Below the pieces are notes generated by a model. The model searched no databases. It worked only from the letters and a program-made list of their open reading frames with translations, and was not told the DNA's origin. Of a stretch of 64,000 nt of DNA, positions 26,716-40,519 are shown one piece after another. Source of the stretch: Octopus vulgaris (lineage: Eukaryota); the NCBI GenBank assembly GCA_951406725.2, contig OX597829.1, positions 53,010,001 through 53,074,000 of the forward strand, in the 5' to 3' direction. The position numbers and the translations under genes are program-made. Position 1 is the first letter of the stretch. Each line of letters begins with the position of its first letter.

Positions 26716-27909
26716 TTTGTGTCTGAGAGTGTGGATGTCTGTGTTCATTGTCGTAAATTGATTTATTTCTACACGAATTATAAACAGATACTCTAAACTT
26801 CAGAAAATACGTGACTTAAACGTTCATGTAAAATCTTGAAACTTGTAATGGCATTAACACAGGCTTGTCCCATATGACTTAAAATTTCATGAGGGATTGA
26901 TTTACGCAAGCAAGTTCATAAATTGTTGATTTCTTTTGTTGATTTCTTTAAACCACGTAAAGCAAATATATGCGTGTCTGTGATGAAAGCATATTCTAGG
27001 GTGACTCTAAGGAAACGAGTCGATCCCCTAAATTATGCTGTGTCAATTTGATCTCGATGTAACCCTCTTAGAGTAGATTTATGATTAAAGGCATTCTGTT
27101 TGTGGCAATCTGCTGATTTCCAATGGTTTGAAAAATTGTAAAAGTGCCGGCACGTAACACTCTCACACTAGTCACTGTATCGCCTGCTGATGAAGGAGAG
27201 GTGTACGTATGTATTTTCATAAACACATTCGAGTACACAGGTGAATGGTGTAAACTGTAAAGTACTTCATATAGCTGAGCAGTCACCTGTTATAGAACGC
27301 AGATATTAATAAGGAGATCCAAAACTGGATAAAATGTACCAGGGCAAACTCTGCTGTCTGCGGTCGGACTTGTAGACTCCGTATTAATCACGAGCACTAG
27401 CGTAGCTAGAGTGTGTGCCGCCCGGGGCGGCCCTTCTGTTTTCCGCCCCATCCCGGATCCCGCAAAAGACATATTGCCTACAGCAGACCCAAAAGTGTCG
27501 CCCGGGGGGGGGGGCTACACCACTACTACCACCACCCAGCTGTGCTAGTGATCACATGTGGTTTCAAAAATTCAAAACTTGAACGGCAATTATCCTCGAT
27601 CGCAACAAATTGCCAACAAGGGCGATATCTACTAAGATTTATCTCACCGTCTAATTGTTATATAGCTTTAAACCCACATTTATGTACTAAATGCTTTATT
27701 CCAAGTTTGGAAAGTTTCTTTTACAATCTTTAAATAAGACATTTAATGCCGAAATATCAGCTTTATGCTATATGTAAATTTGTTAGTAAAAATGGTTTGA
27801 CAGTTCTATGGTAGTATGGAGAAGTCCCATTTTGGAAATAAAATTTCACATCTTCACTCCTCTTAAACGCTGGACATGAGAGATGGTCACAGTAGGTTCA
27901 AGTAGATTG

Positions 27910-28625
27910 GACTAATCATAGTACCGTCACAAAAAACCATGGTCCAATAAATCCTTTTGATAAGCCGCACTATATTGTAACTTCCGGTAAGTTAACATGA
28001 TGTTCCTCTGAATGTGCCGATCATCAGTCCCTAGTATCTACAATTGTGATGGTTAATTGAACCATTCAATTTAAACGTAACCTCACCACTCCAAACACTC
28101 CTGATTGGAGAATGTGTATCTTGCCAAATACCATTCACTAAACTCAACTCTTTGGTTTTGAACCATCTTCCTTGAGTTCATGGATTATTCTTGGAATGTA
28201 ACTTTTCCAATGACATTGCTTGAAGATTTTAAAATTCCTAACTCACAAGTTGCTTGCCAAACAGGTTTTCTTGAACTCTAGCAATGCGTTTCTAACACCT
28301 TTCTTAATTTTGGGGACTCAGCGATGTCTGCGATCTTCCGGAACGGTTCTTGTGAACATTCTGAACAATTCCATCTGATTCAAACTTATCTCTAATTCGT
28401 GGTGGTAAACTATGCAGGTGGATCTGTTTCTAAAACTGTCTTTCGACTACGACTGCGTTTTCAAACTTCCGGTAATGTTTCAGGGTAAATTTCCTTTGTT
28501 CAAAGCTTATTTTGGTTCCATTTCTTATTTCTGATGGGTTAAATCTATAACGATATGAAAAGTGAGTTACCAGCTGTTAAAGTAAGAAAAAGAGTTGGCG
28601 AGGGGGTGGGAAGACATCCTGAAGT
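27910..28625 (-). mobile_element. Degenerate Tc1/mariner transposase, rosa/DD41D-like (DUF4817-type N-terminus)
   Basis: Minus-strand fragments [64 protein letters not shown] and CGLSKGFIGPWFF; 3' truncated. Confidence 0.7.
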
Positions 28626-28739
28626 GCATGGTTGCACTTCAATGGCTGGAATGATTAGATCTATAAAACGTGTGTGTGTTAGATTTATTATCTATCTATC
28701 TGAGGGTGTCGTGGGTGGAAGGTGGGGTGCTGTTACTCG

Positions 28740-31560
28740 GAAGGTGAATCAATAAAGGCCTGCTTCACACGATCTATGTTAACAGTTTGAAGGTCTAAAA
28801 CCATGAACTTGGGTTTTACTTTTAACACTCGGTACGGTCCGGTATGAGACTGCTATAGTGGTTGCTTGACTACGTCATTACGGATAAAAATACGAGTGCA
28901 TTTATGAATATCTGGTGGAACAAAACACATGATAAATTGTGGTCTGGTTACCAACGGAGGTAATTCTATCATGTATTTTTGCATTCGATGAACATAATCT
29001 CATGGATCGAAATTTCGGTCAACTGCAGTTGTATTTGTGACCATTTGACCCGGTCATAACAAAAGGGGCGCCATAAAGTAATTCCCCCGGTGAAAAACCT
29101 AGGTCTTCCTTTACAACCGACCGAAGACCTAATAAAATAATTGATAATACTTCTAACCAAACATCTGACTCGGAATAAGCGTGTAGAGTTGCTTTCATTT
29201 GACGGTGAAAACGCTCTATCATCCCGTTAGACGTGGGGTGGTGAGCAGTGGTACGGATTCGTCGATTACCCAGCAAGTTTGAATTTTCAGCCACGAGATT
29301 TGATTCAGTAACTATGGAATCAATCTATCAGTAGTCATGGTGACGGGAGCTCCAGAATGCGAAATTCACCCAGCTATAAGAGCCTTTGCGATCGTGAGAG
29401 ATGAAATGTTCTTCATGGGAATAGTTTCAGGTCATCTAGAAAAATTATCTATACAGGTCAGCAAATATATATTTCTTTACTACCCACAAGGGGCTAAACA
29501 CAGAGGGGACAAACAAGGAAAGACAAACGGATTAAGTCGATTACATCGACCCCAGTGCGTAACTGGTACTTAATTTATCGACCCCGAAAGGATGAAGGGC
29601 AAAGTCGACCTCGGCGGAATTTGAACTCAGAACGCAGCGGTGGACGAAATACCGCAAAGCATTTCGCCCGGCGTGCTAACGTTTCTGCCAGATATATATT
29701 ATCTTGAACTGACGGCAAGGGATCCACAATATCTATGTGGATATATTTAAAACGTACACCTGGGGTTGTAAAAGTGCCCAAAGGTGTCTTTATAAACTGC
29801 TAAGCTTTAGCTTTCTGACAAAATATATTGTATTGAATCTATAAAATGTAGTGGTAGTAGACGGATGTCTAAAAAAGGTGAGACCAACGCATGAAGATGC
29901 AAAAATTTGTCATCTTGTTCTTGATCCAACAGAATTTGCTGCAGGTCAATGGAATCTGGAGTATGTAAAGCGTTAGTGTGCACGCGAGATAGAGTATTGG
30001 CTGCAGAATTATCTGCACCCTTGATGTAACGAATATCGACAGTGTATTGTGAAATGAAATCCAAATGTCGTAGGTCTCTGGGTGAATATTCATCTGCTTT
30101 CGTTTGTAGAGCAAAACTCAACGGTTTATGATAGGTGGAAACTGTAAACTGTCGTCCCTCAAGAATATGCCGGAAATGTTTCACGGCTAAATAAGCAGCC
30201 AAAAATCCTCTGCTTAAAGTGTTGTACCTTGACTCAACTGGTTTGAGGCATCTGGAAAAAAGCAAAGTTATTGCCAAGCGTTTAGAACAAACTGTTGCTA
30301 AACTCTGCCAATTCTTAAAGTTGATGCGTCAACCATTAACGATAAGAGTGCATCTAGAACGGAGTGAGCCAAAAATATAACTCTTGATAACTTGTCCTTA
30401 ATATCCTCAAAAGCTTGTAGGTGAGGAGAATTTAATGATATAGGTTCATTTTTCATTTTTCTATTACGTAAAAGTTCCGTAAGAGGAAAAATTGTCTCAG
30501 TACAATGTGGAATAAATGTTCCGTAGAAGTTAATCAAACTGAAAAATTCTCGTAACTTCGTTACAGGAGAAGAAACTGGAATATCACCAAAAGCATCAAT
30601 CCTATTCTTTAAAAGACCTATTCCATCTTTAACAATTACATGTCCCAGAAAAGTGATGGAAGAAACACCATAAATACATTTATTTGCATTACTTATCACA
30701 CCGTATTGCGATAGGCGAGTAAAAAGTTGTTCTAAATGAAATCCATGATCCTTTTCTGAGGAAGTGTCTATTAATAAGCCATCGATGTCAGCGAAAACAA
30801 AATCTAGACCACGTGTGATTTCGTCGATAAATCTCTGAGAAATGTTAGCAGCATTACGCAGACGAAAAAGCAGTCGAATAAACTTGAACGAATCAAAAGT
30901 AGTAGTTAAAACCGTCTTAGGAATGTCCACCGGTTCAATTGGAATCTGGTTGTACGCACACTATAAATCAATCTTCAAAAAGATAATACTGTCATATAAT
31001 GATGCAGAAAATTTATGAAAATGAGGAATAGGATATTTATCTGGTACCATTAAAGCATTTAAACGTTGATAGTCTCCACAAGATTGGAAATCTCTTGATT
31101 TTTTTTAGGCACAAGGTGTAACAGGGATGACCAATTACTGCAAAAAGGACGAATTATACCAAGGTCCAACATGTAACTAAATTCCTCCTTAGCTATTTTA
31201 AGCTTATTCGTGGCAAGACGTCAGGGACGAGACGCGACAGGCGGTCTTTTTGTAATAATATGGTGTGTTGCTCTATGCACCGGAGTCTTGTTATGAAAAA
31301 TAGTTCGAGTGATATCCGGAAAATTCATCAAAAGTTCAAGGCAACGATTAGAAGATGATGAAAAGAAAAGAAGTAAAGGGGCGAGAAAACGTGCAGAGAG
31401 ATGAGTTCTTGAGTCGACTAACTGCTTATTTCTTAAATCAACCAAAAGATCAAAATGATGCAAAAATCTGCGCCGAGAATCAGGTATGGTATGTTTGCAA
31501 TAATAAAACCCATTGAAACTGTCGTCTGAGATTTATATCCAAGGTAGAGTAGATCAAGAA
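28740..31560 (-). mobile_element. Ty3/Gypsy LTR retrotransposon pol remnant (PR-RT-RNH-IN)
   Basis: ILGADF/HHFDLLVDL (protease), CGDYQRLN...DKYPIP and ITFLGH (RT), VDAS and YHKPL (RNase H), IHIDIVDP, TTAHHPTSNGMIERFHR and TGPYRVL (integrase). Many stops; no LTRs recognised. Confidence 0.9.
29466..29690 (-). mobile_element. Meta-like SINE inserted into the Gypsy integrase
   Basis: Reverse-complement match to the 1858-2300 units, flanked by ATATATAT on both sides. Confidence 0.8.
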
Positions 31561-31950
31561 AGAAACATTACAACTTCTGGTAGTTGTCATCATTGGTTAC
31601 ATATGCTCCATTATAGTAATTTTACTCTGGTGAAAAACGGCAGGAAATCAGCATAACTCATCTTGATGAAAAGCACTCACCTTTCTGCCCTTAGATAATT
31701 TGTTGTACCAATTTATGGAAAAGGGTAGGCTCCAGAACACATGCCGATTAGTTGTTTGAGAATGTATTAAGCGCAACGTGATTGGACCTTCGATCCCGCG
31801 CAATACTCAACCATCTCAGTGCAAGACTCAACCAATGTTCAAAGCTCACATGGTAGGTAAAACGACCAATCATTACAGAATAAAGTGCTGTCTTCTAGAT
31901 GCCATAATAGAAGTTGGTCTCACTACACATTCATCATATCTACGTATGTA

Positions 31951-33150
31951 CAGGGTGTTCCAGAAAGATTTACCTATGTTTTAAACTCTTCCTCAAGAAT
32001 ATTGGTTCAGGTAATATTATCTACATTTTGCATAAAGATTTGCATATGTCTTTTGTTTATGTGTCTATTGCTTCGTTCACCTGTGGCAGGTTTGTAAACA
32101 AACATGGCGTCGAAAGCAAAAGGGGGCCACATTGTCGCTTTGAAAACAACGGGAGTGAGTAACAAGGATATAACAAAACAGTTGAATGTGTGCCGTAAAA
32201 CAGTGTTCAATACCAGGAAACGATATATGGAGTCTGCTAATACCTCTAGCAAGCCAATTCCTTGTAGAAAACGATCAATTCGTACCAAATAAACTGTTGA
32301 ATCTGTGAAGATGCAAATGAACCGAAATCCCCGCAGGAGTGCAAGAAAAACTGCAAAAACTCTTGGTATTTCGAAACTGTCAATGCACAGGATCTTTAAA
32401 GAGGATTTAAAGCTAACTGCATACAACAAACAATCCCGGCAGTTAATTCCAGTTGCTTCCAAGAAGAATCGGCTTGACAGGGATAAAACCATGTTAGCTG
32501 AGACAAAGCACGCCGCTAACAATGTCATGATCAGGTCTGACGAGAAGATCTTCACCGTGGAGGCAGTTACCAACAGGCAGAATGATTGGCTTTATGCACA
32601 TAATGCAGGAGTCATTTACGCCGTCAGAAGCCAGCTTCACTCATGGCGTGGGCTACAGTTGCATTTGATGGGTCCAAGTCTCCCTTGATCTTCATTGGGG
32701 CTGGCGTCAAATTCAACAGTGGAGTTTATGTAGAAAAGTTTATGAGAAAGTGTTACCCAGAGTCACAGAAACCATTGGTAACCGTTACATCTTCACTCAA
32801 GACGAGGCTCCGGCCCACACATCCAGTTTGATACAGTGGTGGTGCAAAGAGCATTTCAGCAGTTTTTGAGACAAGAGGATATGGCCTCCCTCAAGTCCAG
32901 ACATCAATCCCATGGACTTTGCTATCTGGTCCATCTTAGAGAGTAATGTTTCTGCTCGCTCCTATTCAAATAAGTCAAATCTCAAGAAAGCCTTTCTGTC
33001 TTCATGACTCAAGTTGGATGAAGAGGTGTGTTACGGCGCTCATGAAACTCAGTGTCCACTCGTTTGCGGGCTATAATCAAGTCAAAAGGTGGTCATTTTC
33101 AAATGCAATCACTGCAATAGTTTGACATTTTACATTATCCTACCTTAAGT
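31951..33150 (+). mobile_element. Degenerate maT (DD37D) Tc1/mariner transposon
   Basis: TA|CAGGGTGTTCC left end, HTH from 32104, IRSDEKIFTVE, and QD-37 residues-D ending WPPSSPDINPMDFAIW. Stops and frameshifts; right TIR not seen. Confidence 0.85.
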
Positions 33151-33435
33151 TTATTTTCAATAATTAAGAAATATCAGTATCGTTAGTCACTACACACATT
33201 TTTTTCTCTCCTTGTTTTTCTGTGTCCCTTTCTGTAGAAGAGCGTAGGCTCGAAACGTAAAAGACTTTTTCTATTCCTGAGCGTTATACTAATACATCTG
33301 TTTGTTTTGTACACCACCTGTCTTCGTCTTTTGTTTTTTTCATAAACTCTCCCTATATACATACCTACATATATATATATATATATATATAGTGATTCTA
33401 TACAGACAGACAGACAGACATGCGTGCATATACAT

Positions 33436-33490
<55 letters not shown>

Positions 33491-33752
33491 TACATGCATA
33501 TCTGTCTGTCTGTATGTATAGAATCACTATATATATATATTACTTGTGTCAGTCATTAGACTGTGACCATGCTGGGGCACTGCCTTGAATTTTTAGTCAA
33601 ATGAATCGACCCCAGAACTTCCTTTTTAAGCCTAGTACTTGTTTGGTCTCTTTTGCTGAACCACTAAGTTACGGGGACGCAAACACAGCAACACCAGTTG
33701 TCAAGCGTTGATGGGGAGACAAGCACAGATACAAAAATACGCACACACACAC

Positions 33753-33807
<55 letters not shown>

Positions 33808-33808
<1 letters not shown>

Positions 33809-34167
33809 TAGCAGTATCGCCCGGCGTTGCTCGGGTTTGTAAGGGAAATAACTATATAAGCATTTTTAGAGAGTTATAGCCAAAAAATAGAAAAAACATG
33901 ATGGTAATTTTTTTTTTAATCGTTGACTCATCGTAGACATTTTTAGAGAGTTACTTCCCTTATATAAGAGCGAAAAATGCATTAAAATGGAAAAAAATTA
34001 TGGTAAATTATTTTTAAAATTGTAGACGTGCGCTAATACCCAGAAGGGCTCGATATGAATCACGACTATAAGATACCCGGTTTTGGTTAAACTGCACCGC
34101 AAAATGTGGGAGTAGTTAGGAATCTAAATCATAGGAAACAGACACACAACTTGACTTTTATATATAA

Positions 34168-34170
<3 letters not shown>
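33808..34170 (-). mobile_element. Non-autonomous Helitron, same family as 103-503
   Basis: Reverse-complement match with the same TC...hairpin...CTAG ends, embedded in (TA)n. Confidence 0.8.
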
Positions 34171-34598
<428 letters not shown>

Positions 34599-34784
34599 AA
34601 CGGGCTTCTTTCAGTAAATAAAAAATAAGCGTTTTCATATAATTAGTCTTCAGCATTTTTTTTTTTTTTCCTTATTTAGCATTTTTCTTTTTTTTTTGTG
34701 TGTGTTTTTTCTACTGAAATTTAGCATAAAATTGTGATTTAAGTTGACAACACTGGTTGGCTCAAAGCTATAGTAGAAGACACT

Positions 34785-34917
34785 AGTACTTATTCTATCG
34801 GTCTCTTTTGTCGAACCGCTAAGTTATGGGGGACGTAAACACACCTGCATCGGTTGTCAAGCGATGTTGGGAGGGACAAACACAGACACACAAACATATA
34901 CACACACATTCATATAC

Positions 34918-34948
<31 letters not shown>

Positions 34949-35128
34949 CATATATATATACATATATATATGTATACATATATATACATATACGACAGGC
35001 TTCTTCCAGTTTCCGTCTACCACAAAGCTATAGAAGAAGACACTTGCCCAAGGTGCCACGCAGTGGGACTGAACCCGGGACCATGTAGTTGGTGAGCAAG
35101 CTATTTACCACACTGCTACTCCTGCGCC
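34785..35128 (-). mobile_element. CORE-like SINE, divergent from and ~0.5 kb upstream of the Fos TATA box
   Basis: Reverse-complement match with an internal deletion. Confidence 0.8.
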
Positions 35129-35528
35129 TATGCATAATTTTTTTTAAAGTTTAAAATAACTTGCAAAAAGAAAAGTTTTTTTTCTTTTCTTCAGAAATCT
35201 ATAAAAGTTTTGACAACTAAAAAGAAAAAAAAGTATTTCGTGTGAAAGGACAACACTAATATTTACGTCATTGTTTGTATTTACAGAAATATATTTATTT
35301 ATTTGTCTATTTATTTATTAAAACGATTCGACACCGAATGGTTACGCCTTTTCAACTATTGAAAAAGTATAAAAGATAACAATAAAAAAGAAAGAAAAGG
35401 AACTGCTCCGCTTGTGTAAAGAGCAATAAACTTCTCAGAACTATCACGAAATGAAAAAAAAAACGTAGGCTACTTCGCCGAGACGGGGAGGTGAAGTTAG
35501 TTTCCCTTCATTACCATATGCATGAGTT

Positions 35529-35694
35529 CTACGTCACTACCGACGCATTACCTTGTGACCATATACGGATGGCCAACAATAGCGATGAGGTAATGTATCT
35601 ATATTTAGAAAATTACTCATTGGCTGTTGGTGAGTCAGAGAGTATATAAGCGTGTTGAGGTATTTCCCCTTCACAATTTTCACAGACTGAGTCA
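35529..35694 (+). promoter_or_regulatory. Fos core/proximal promoter
   Basis: CTACGTCA (TGACGTAG on minus) 35529-36; CArG-like CCATATACGG 35559-68; TGAGGTAA 35586-93; MEF2 consensus CTATATTTAG 35599-608; inverted CCAAT 35619-23; TGAGTCA 35631-37; TATATAAG 35643-50; Inr-like TCACAAT near 35671; TGAGTCA 35688-94. Confidence 0.75.
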
Positions 35695-36266
35695 TAGACT
35701 GCGGCGGAGGTCTCTGAGAGCGATAGAGGGAGAAGGTGTGTGTGTGTGCTCGTGCTAGAGAGGGAGGGTAAACTTAGCGGAAGTGTAAAAAGCTTGACTC
35801 ACAGGCCTACGATATATTACTACCACCTCTGATCACTGAACTGTTTTTGGTGTTTGAAAAAAAAAAAAAAAAGGAAAGAAAAAACTCACACATACATACA
35901 CACACTTTGAAAGAAATACAAGATTGATAAAAAAAAAAAAAAGATCATTAAAAATTGAAAATTCGATCTTCGATCTTCAAGAACCAATATATATATAAAC
36001 GCATGAAAAGATATCGCACAATTCACGGTTCACACCTCTGCACTGGACATTGAACAACGCATTAATGAAAGAAATCGAAAACAATAGACTTCGTAGAAAG
36101 ACAGTTCGAAAAGCAATACTTTTCCTTTTTAACAATTATTTGAAAAATCCATCCTAAACAAATCAGATATATCTATATTTTTTTCCCATTCCCGGTTTGT
36201 TTCAAAGTAAAAATTACTTGAAATCTTTTCGCTAACGATTGAAATATTAAGTTGAAAGATAATACA

Positions 36267-36437
36267 ATGTACAATTCGAGAGAAAAGGAAGCCGGTAGTA
36301 GTAGCAATACACCTAGTGTGTCTACTAGCGTTACAACGACCAACATTACCAATTATACCAACAGTCATCACCAGGATTCTAAATACGTGGCTGACATCCT
36401 GTCATCTATGGCAAACGGAGACCCTGTTTCCCAGAAT
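36267..36437 (+). CDS. Fos: Fos-family bZIP transcription factor, coding exon 1 (57 codons)
   Basis: ATG at 36267 in ACAATG context. Encodes MYNSREKE...YVADILSSMANGDPVSQN and ends at donor AAT|GTGAGT, phase 0, in frame with exon 2. Confidence 0.85.
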
Positions 36438-37556
36438 GTGAGTACAACCTTCTATCCACCGTATTACTAGTTGTCACTCTAAGCTATTAGTCACTCTGCT
36501 AACACAGCGTACCAGCTGACCTCGTTTGTTGTGGTGCCTCTGTAGAGGCATGCCTTTCACAGTACCCCGGATGGTTTAAATACTATGAACAGACCCTAGA
36601 CACACAGATCATGGACAACTTAGCCTCTAGTTAGTCGTCGTCACACCTCCTAGGACTCCCCTCAGTCAAAATTTCGTACACCTACCTGCACATGTCTTTA
36701 GTGTTTATATACATTACACACAACTGTCTCTGCCTACTATTCCCAAACATTTCATACCGATTGGTTGCATTACTTAGCTATCTCTTTTATCTGCAATTAC
36801 TTTACTATTTCTTTTTTTTTTTTAACTTTAGTTTGAAACATTATTTTTTTTCATTTTTAGTTTCTTGCAGCTTTTTTTTCCCCTAACTTAAATAGTTTTG
36901 CTTCGTTTCTCCCAACACCTTTTTTCCACAACTTTCGCTTTTGCGGGATAGTTTGTAGAATTTTGTTTGTCTATACAAAACCATTTAAATGTACTACGTA
37001 GACCCAAACTACATGAATTCTTACAATGAATCGTGCCGTTATAATCGGCCGCGAGGATCCATGCATCAGACACATTCTCATTATGAGGTTAGTTTTAAAA
37101 CTTATGTTATTTACTCGATCGCAGGAATTTAATCTTAAGTAAATACGATTCCATGAAAAGAAAAAAAAAAAAAGCTGCGCGCCAATGTTTTTTCGATCAG
37201 CAATTGTTTTCGCTTTTTTCTTCTGCTCTTATGTTTGTTTACCTACGACCGGTGCTCTAAGGCCTATCATTTCATCACTTTTTTTTTTATAATCCAATTT
37301 TGCTCTCTCTCTAGCTTAAATAAATACATAGTATTATTCGTGACATAGGTTTTATTAAACAAAACACCACACAATATGCAGTTTCATTTCGGTAAAATCC
37401 AAAACCAATTGTCTAGAAAGTAAACGATAGCTTAGAAGTCAATATCTATTAGTTATAGCATACTAAGTCTAAACTTGCTAAATGTATATTCTGTTATAGT
37501 TGTTTTGAATGATGAATAAGGAATTTATACCATATCTCCGATGCTAGATCTATGGT

Positions 37557-37603
<47 letters not shown>

Positions 37604-37718
37604 CACACACACAACACGCATATGTATGCATATGTCACTTTCTACAGGTAGATATGATTAAGATAGATGTTTGATACTAACAACTTAGTAAATTTGGTTT
37701 CATTTCATTATTTTACAG

Positions 37719-38090
37719 CAATACTCTATACCTGGATTTGTTTGCGGAGTTACAACGGCAACGACACCAACGTTAACACCAACAACTTTTGTCAACTTGG
37801 AACAAGCCTTCATCGAACTTCAATCGGTTCCAGTAAGTTCAGCAAATCAAGATCCACTCACACAAAGTGGATTTGTACCACCCATAGTAGAGCCTGTTGG
37901 AGTTAGTTCAAATGAGCACATTTCATCTAACTCCGCGGGCACCGCAAATTCTGGTGCGTCCATGGATCGTTACCAATACGACTCTGATGATGCCGAATGG
38001 GAGACTAAAAGACCACGTTCGTCCACTGGTAGCAGTGCATCTTCCAAGGGATCCCCTACATACAGTTCTTCCTCAAGACAAGATAAAAAA
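37719..38090 (+). CDS. Fos: Fos coding exon 2 (124 codons)
   Basis: Acceptor ttattttacag|CAA. Encodes QYSIPGFVCGVTTATTPTLTPTTFVNLEQAFIELQ...GFVPPIVEP...RQDKK; TTPTLTPTT is the invertebrate Fos/kayak N-terminal motif. Donor AAA|GTGAGT, phase 0. Confidence 0.92.
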
Positions 38091-39549
38091 GTGAGTGTGC
38101 TTAAATGTCAAATTAAAGAAGAAAAGGTAATCTTTCACGGCACCTTTTTCCTTCCTTTATTTGTAAACATTTTTCACTTTGTTTCTTTCTTTATTCAGTG
38201 ATTCTATGTTTGAACCGATTCGATATATTTTGCTTTAAAGTACCTTACATAGTCTTCTTAACTATAAACTTTACTCTAGTATTGATGTGTTGTTCAGCAG
38301 TTCATTCCTAATTCATTTGAAGCTCATTGAACTAGTCTGCTTTTAAGTAAGATTCTCGGAATTTACATTTACGAAAGAAGCTACAAAGAGATATACAGCT
38401 AGCAATACATTTTTTAATTCAAAATAACACATGAAACTTTAGTAAATAAACTCCTTGTTTTCTTTATATTGTGTTGGTAGTAGTAATCTTTTATTCGTTT
38501 CGCCAAATTTTGTAACTAACCCAACTACTGTAAACTTAGTGATACCTTAATAGTTTTTAGAATTCTAGAAATTAATTCCCATTTTCTCTTAAGGTGAAAA
38601 TAGAAATTTCCATTTATTATTGATAATACAAAAACTGTATACATTCAAATCAAAATTTTTGTAAATATTAATAGTCGTTGTATTAGAATTTGTCTCCTTA
38701 CATAGAGTTTAATGACATTTAATGACGACAAGTGCCCACATGGTTTAAGTTTCTGACCATAAAAATTACATGACCCTGCCGTTTTCTGGGTTCTCTTCTA
38801 CTTTAAGCTTTTGTCAACAACCTAGTTTCGATTTTATTTATGTTTTTTTTTTGTGGGGGGTACAACGGGCAACATTTACAACTGCTCTTCTATAAAATTT
38901 ATACGTCGACCTCATTTGTACGAAAATAGTTCTTTAATTAAACCTATTCACAAGAAGTAATGTTTGTTTTAATTTCTTGTTTAAACAGTTTGTTCTCAGA
39001 TGTTCTCTTTCTCCTGTCTTTCTTTCATTCTCCGTGGACTAGAAGATTTAACTAATAAAGCATGATGCAATCTAATTTGATCATGAGCTGTTTTCAGTGT
39101 TCTTATCATTAACACAGAAATGAAATCATGGCGTTTTGTGAATGTATATACACACACATCCAACGACACATGTATAGATTACTATTCTGCTAAAATAGAA
39201 TCAACAAAAACGTGTTCCATCTCGTGAGAGATAAATATCAGTTAATATACACAACATAAAGATATGAACTACTAGTAGTTTCTTGCCATGGAGACACCAT
39301 AACTGGGCAGATTTGTATAACATGCCTTGTGTCTCCCCGCAATCCATCGACTCAAGGATCTATGTGTGCGTGTGTGTATGTTTATATTGTACTATACTAC
39401 AAAATATCTTTAGGTTCGAAGTTAACACTATACGTAAACACATTATCTATATACAATATCTTCTGAATTTTTGGATATACGTACGTATATATATACATAT
39501 ATATATATATAAATAATATGACTGTGTACATGTATCTGCGTGTGTGTGT

Positions 39550-40299
39550 GTATATATATATGAATATATTTGTATATATATATATATGAATATATTTGTA
39601 TATATATATATGAATATATTTGTATATATATATATGAATATATTTGTATATATATATATATAATATTTTTATATATATATATGAATATATTTGTATATAT
39701 ATATATAGAATATATTTGTATATAATATATATGAATATATTTGTATATATATATATATGAATATATTTGTATATATATATATGAATATATTTGTATATAT
39801 ATTTATATATATTGAATATATTTGTATATAATATATTGTATATTGTATATATATATATAGATATATTTATATATATATATGAATATATTTGTATATATAT
39901 GTGAATATATTTGTATATGTGAATATATTTGTATATGTGAATATATTTGTATATGAATATATATGTGAATATATTTGTATATGAATATATTTGTATATAT
40001 ATATATATATGAATATATTTGTATATATATATGAATATATTTGTATATATATATATGAATATATTTGTATATATATGTGAATATATTTGTATATATATAT
40101 GAATATATTTGTGTATATATATATATATGAATATATTTGTATATATATATATGAATATATTTGTATATATATATATGAATATATTTGTATATATATGAAT
40201 ATATATATATATATCAATATATTTGTATATATATATATGAATATATATATATATGTATGAATATATATATATATGTATGAATATATATATATATATGTA

Positions 40300-40351
<52 letters not shown>

Positions 40352-40360
40352 TCTATCTAT
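39550..40360. repeat. AT-rich minisatellite, unit ~(TA)nTGAATATATTTG, in Fos intron 2
   Basis: More than 25 variable-length units. Confidence 0.9.
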
Positions 40361-40465
40361 CTATATATAAATATATCTAAATGATATGATATATATGTAA
40401 AAATTGTAACATATAAATAAATATCTGTAAATATAAACCATCCGATCTTCTGATTACCTCATTTC

Positions 40466-40519
<54 letters not shown>

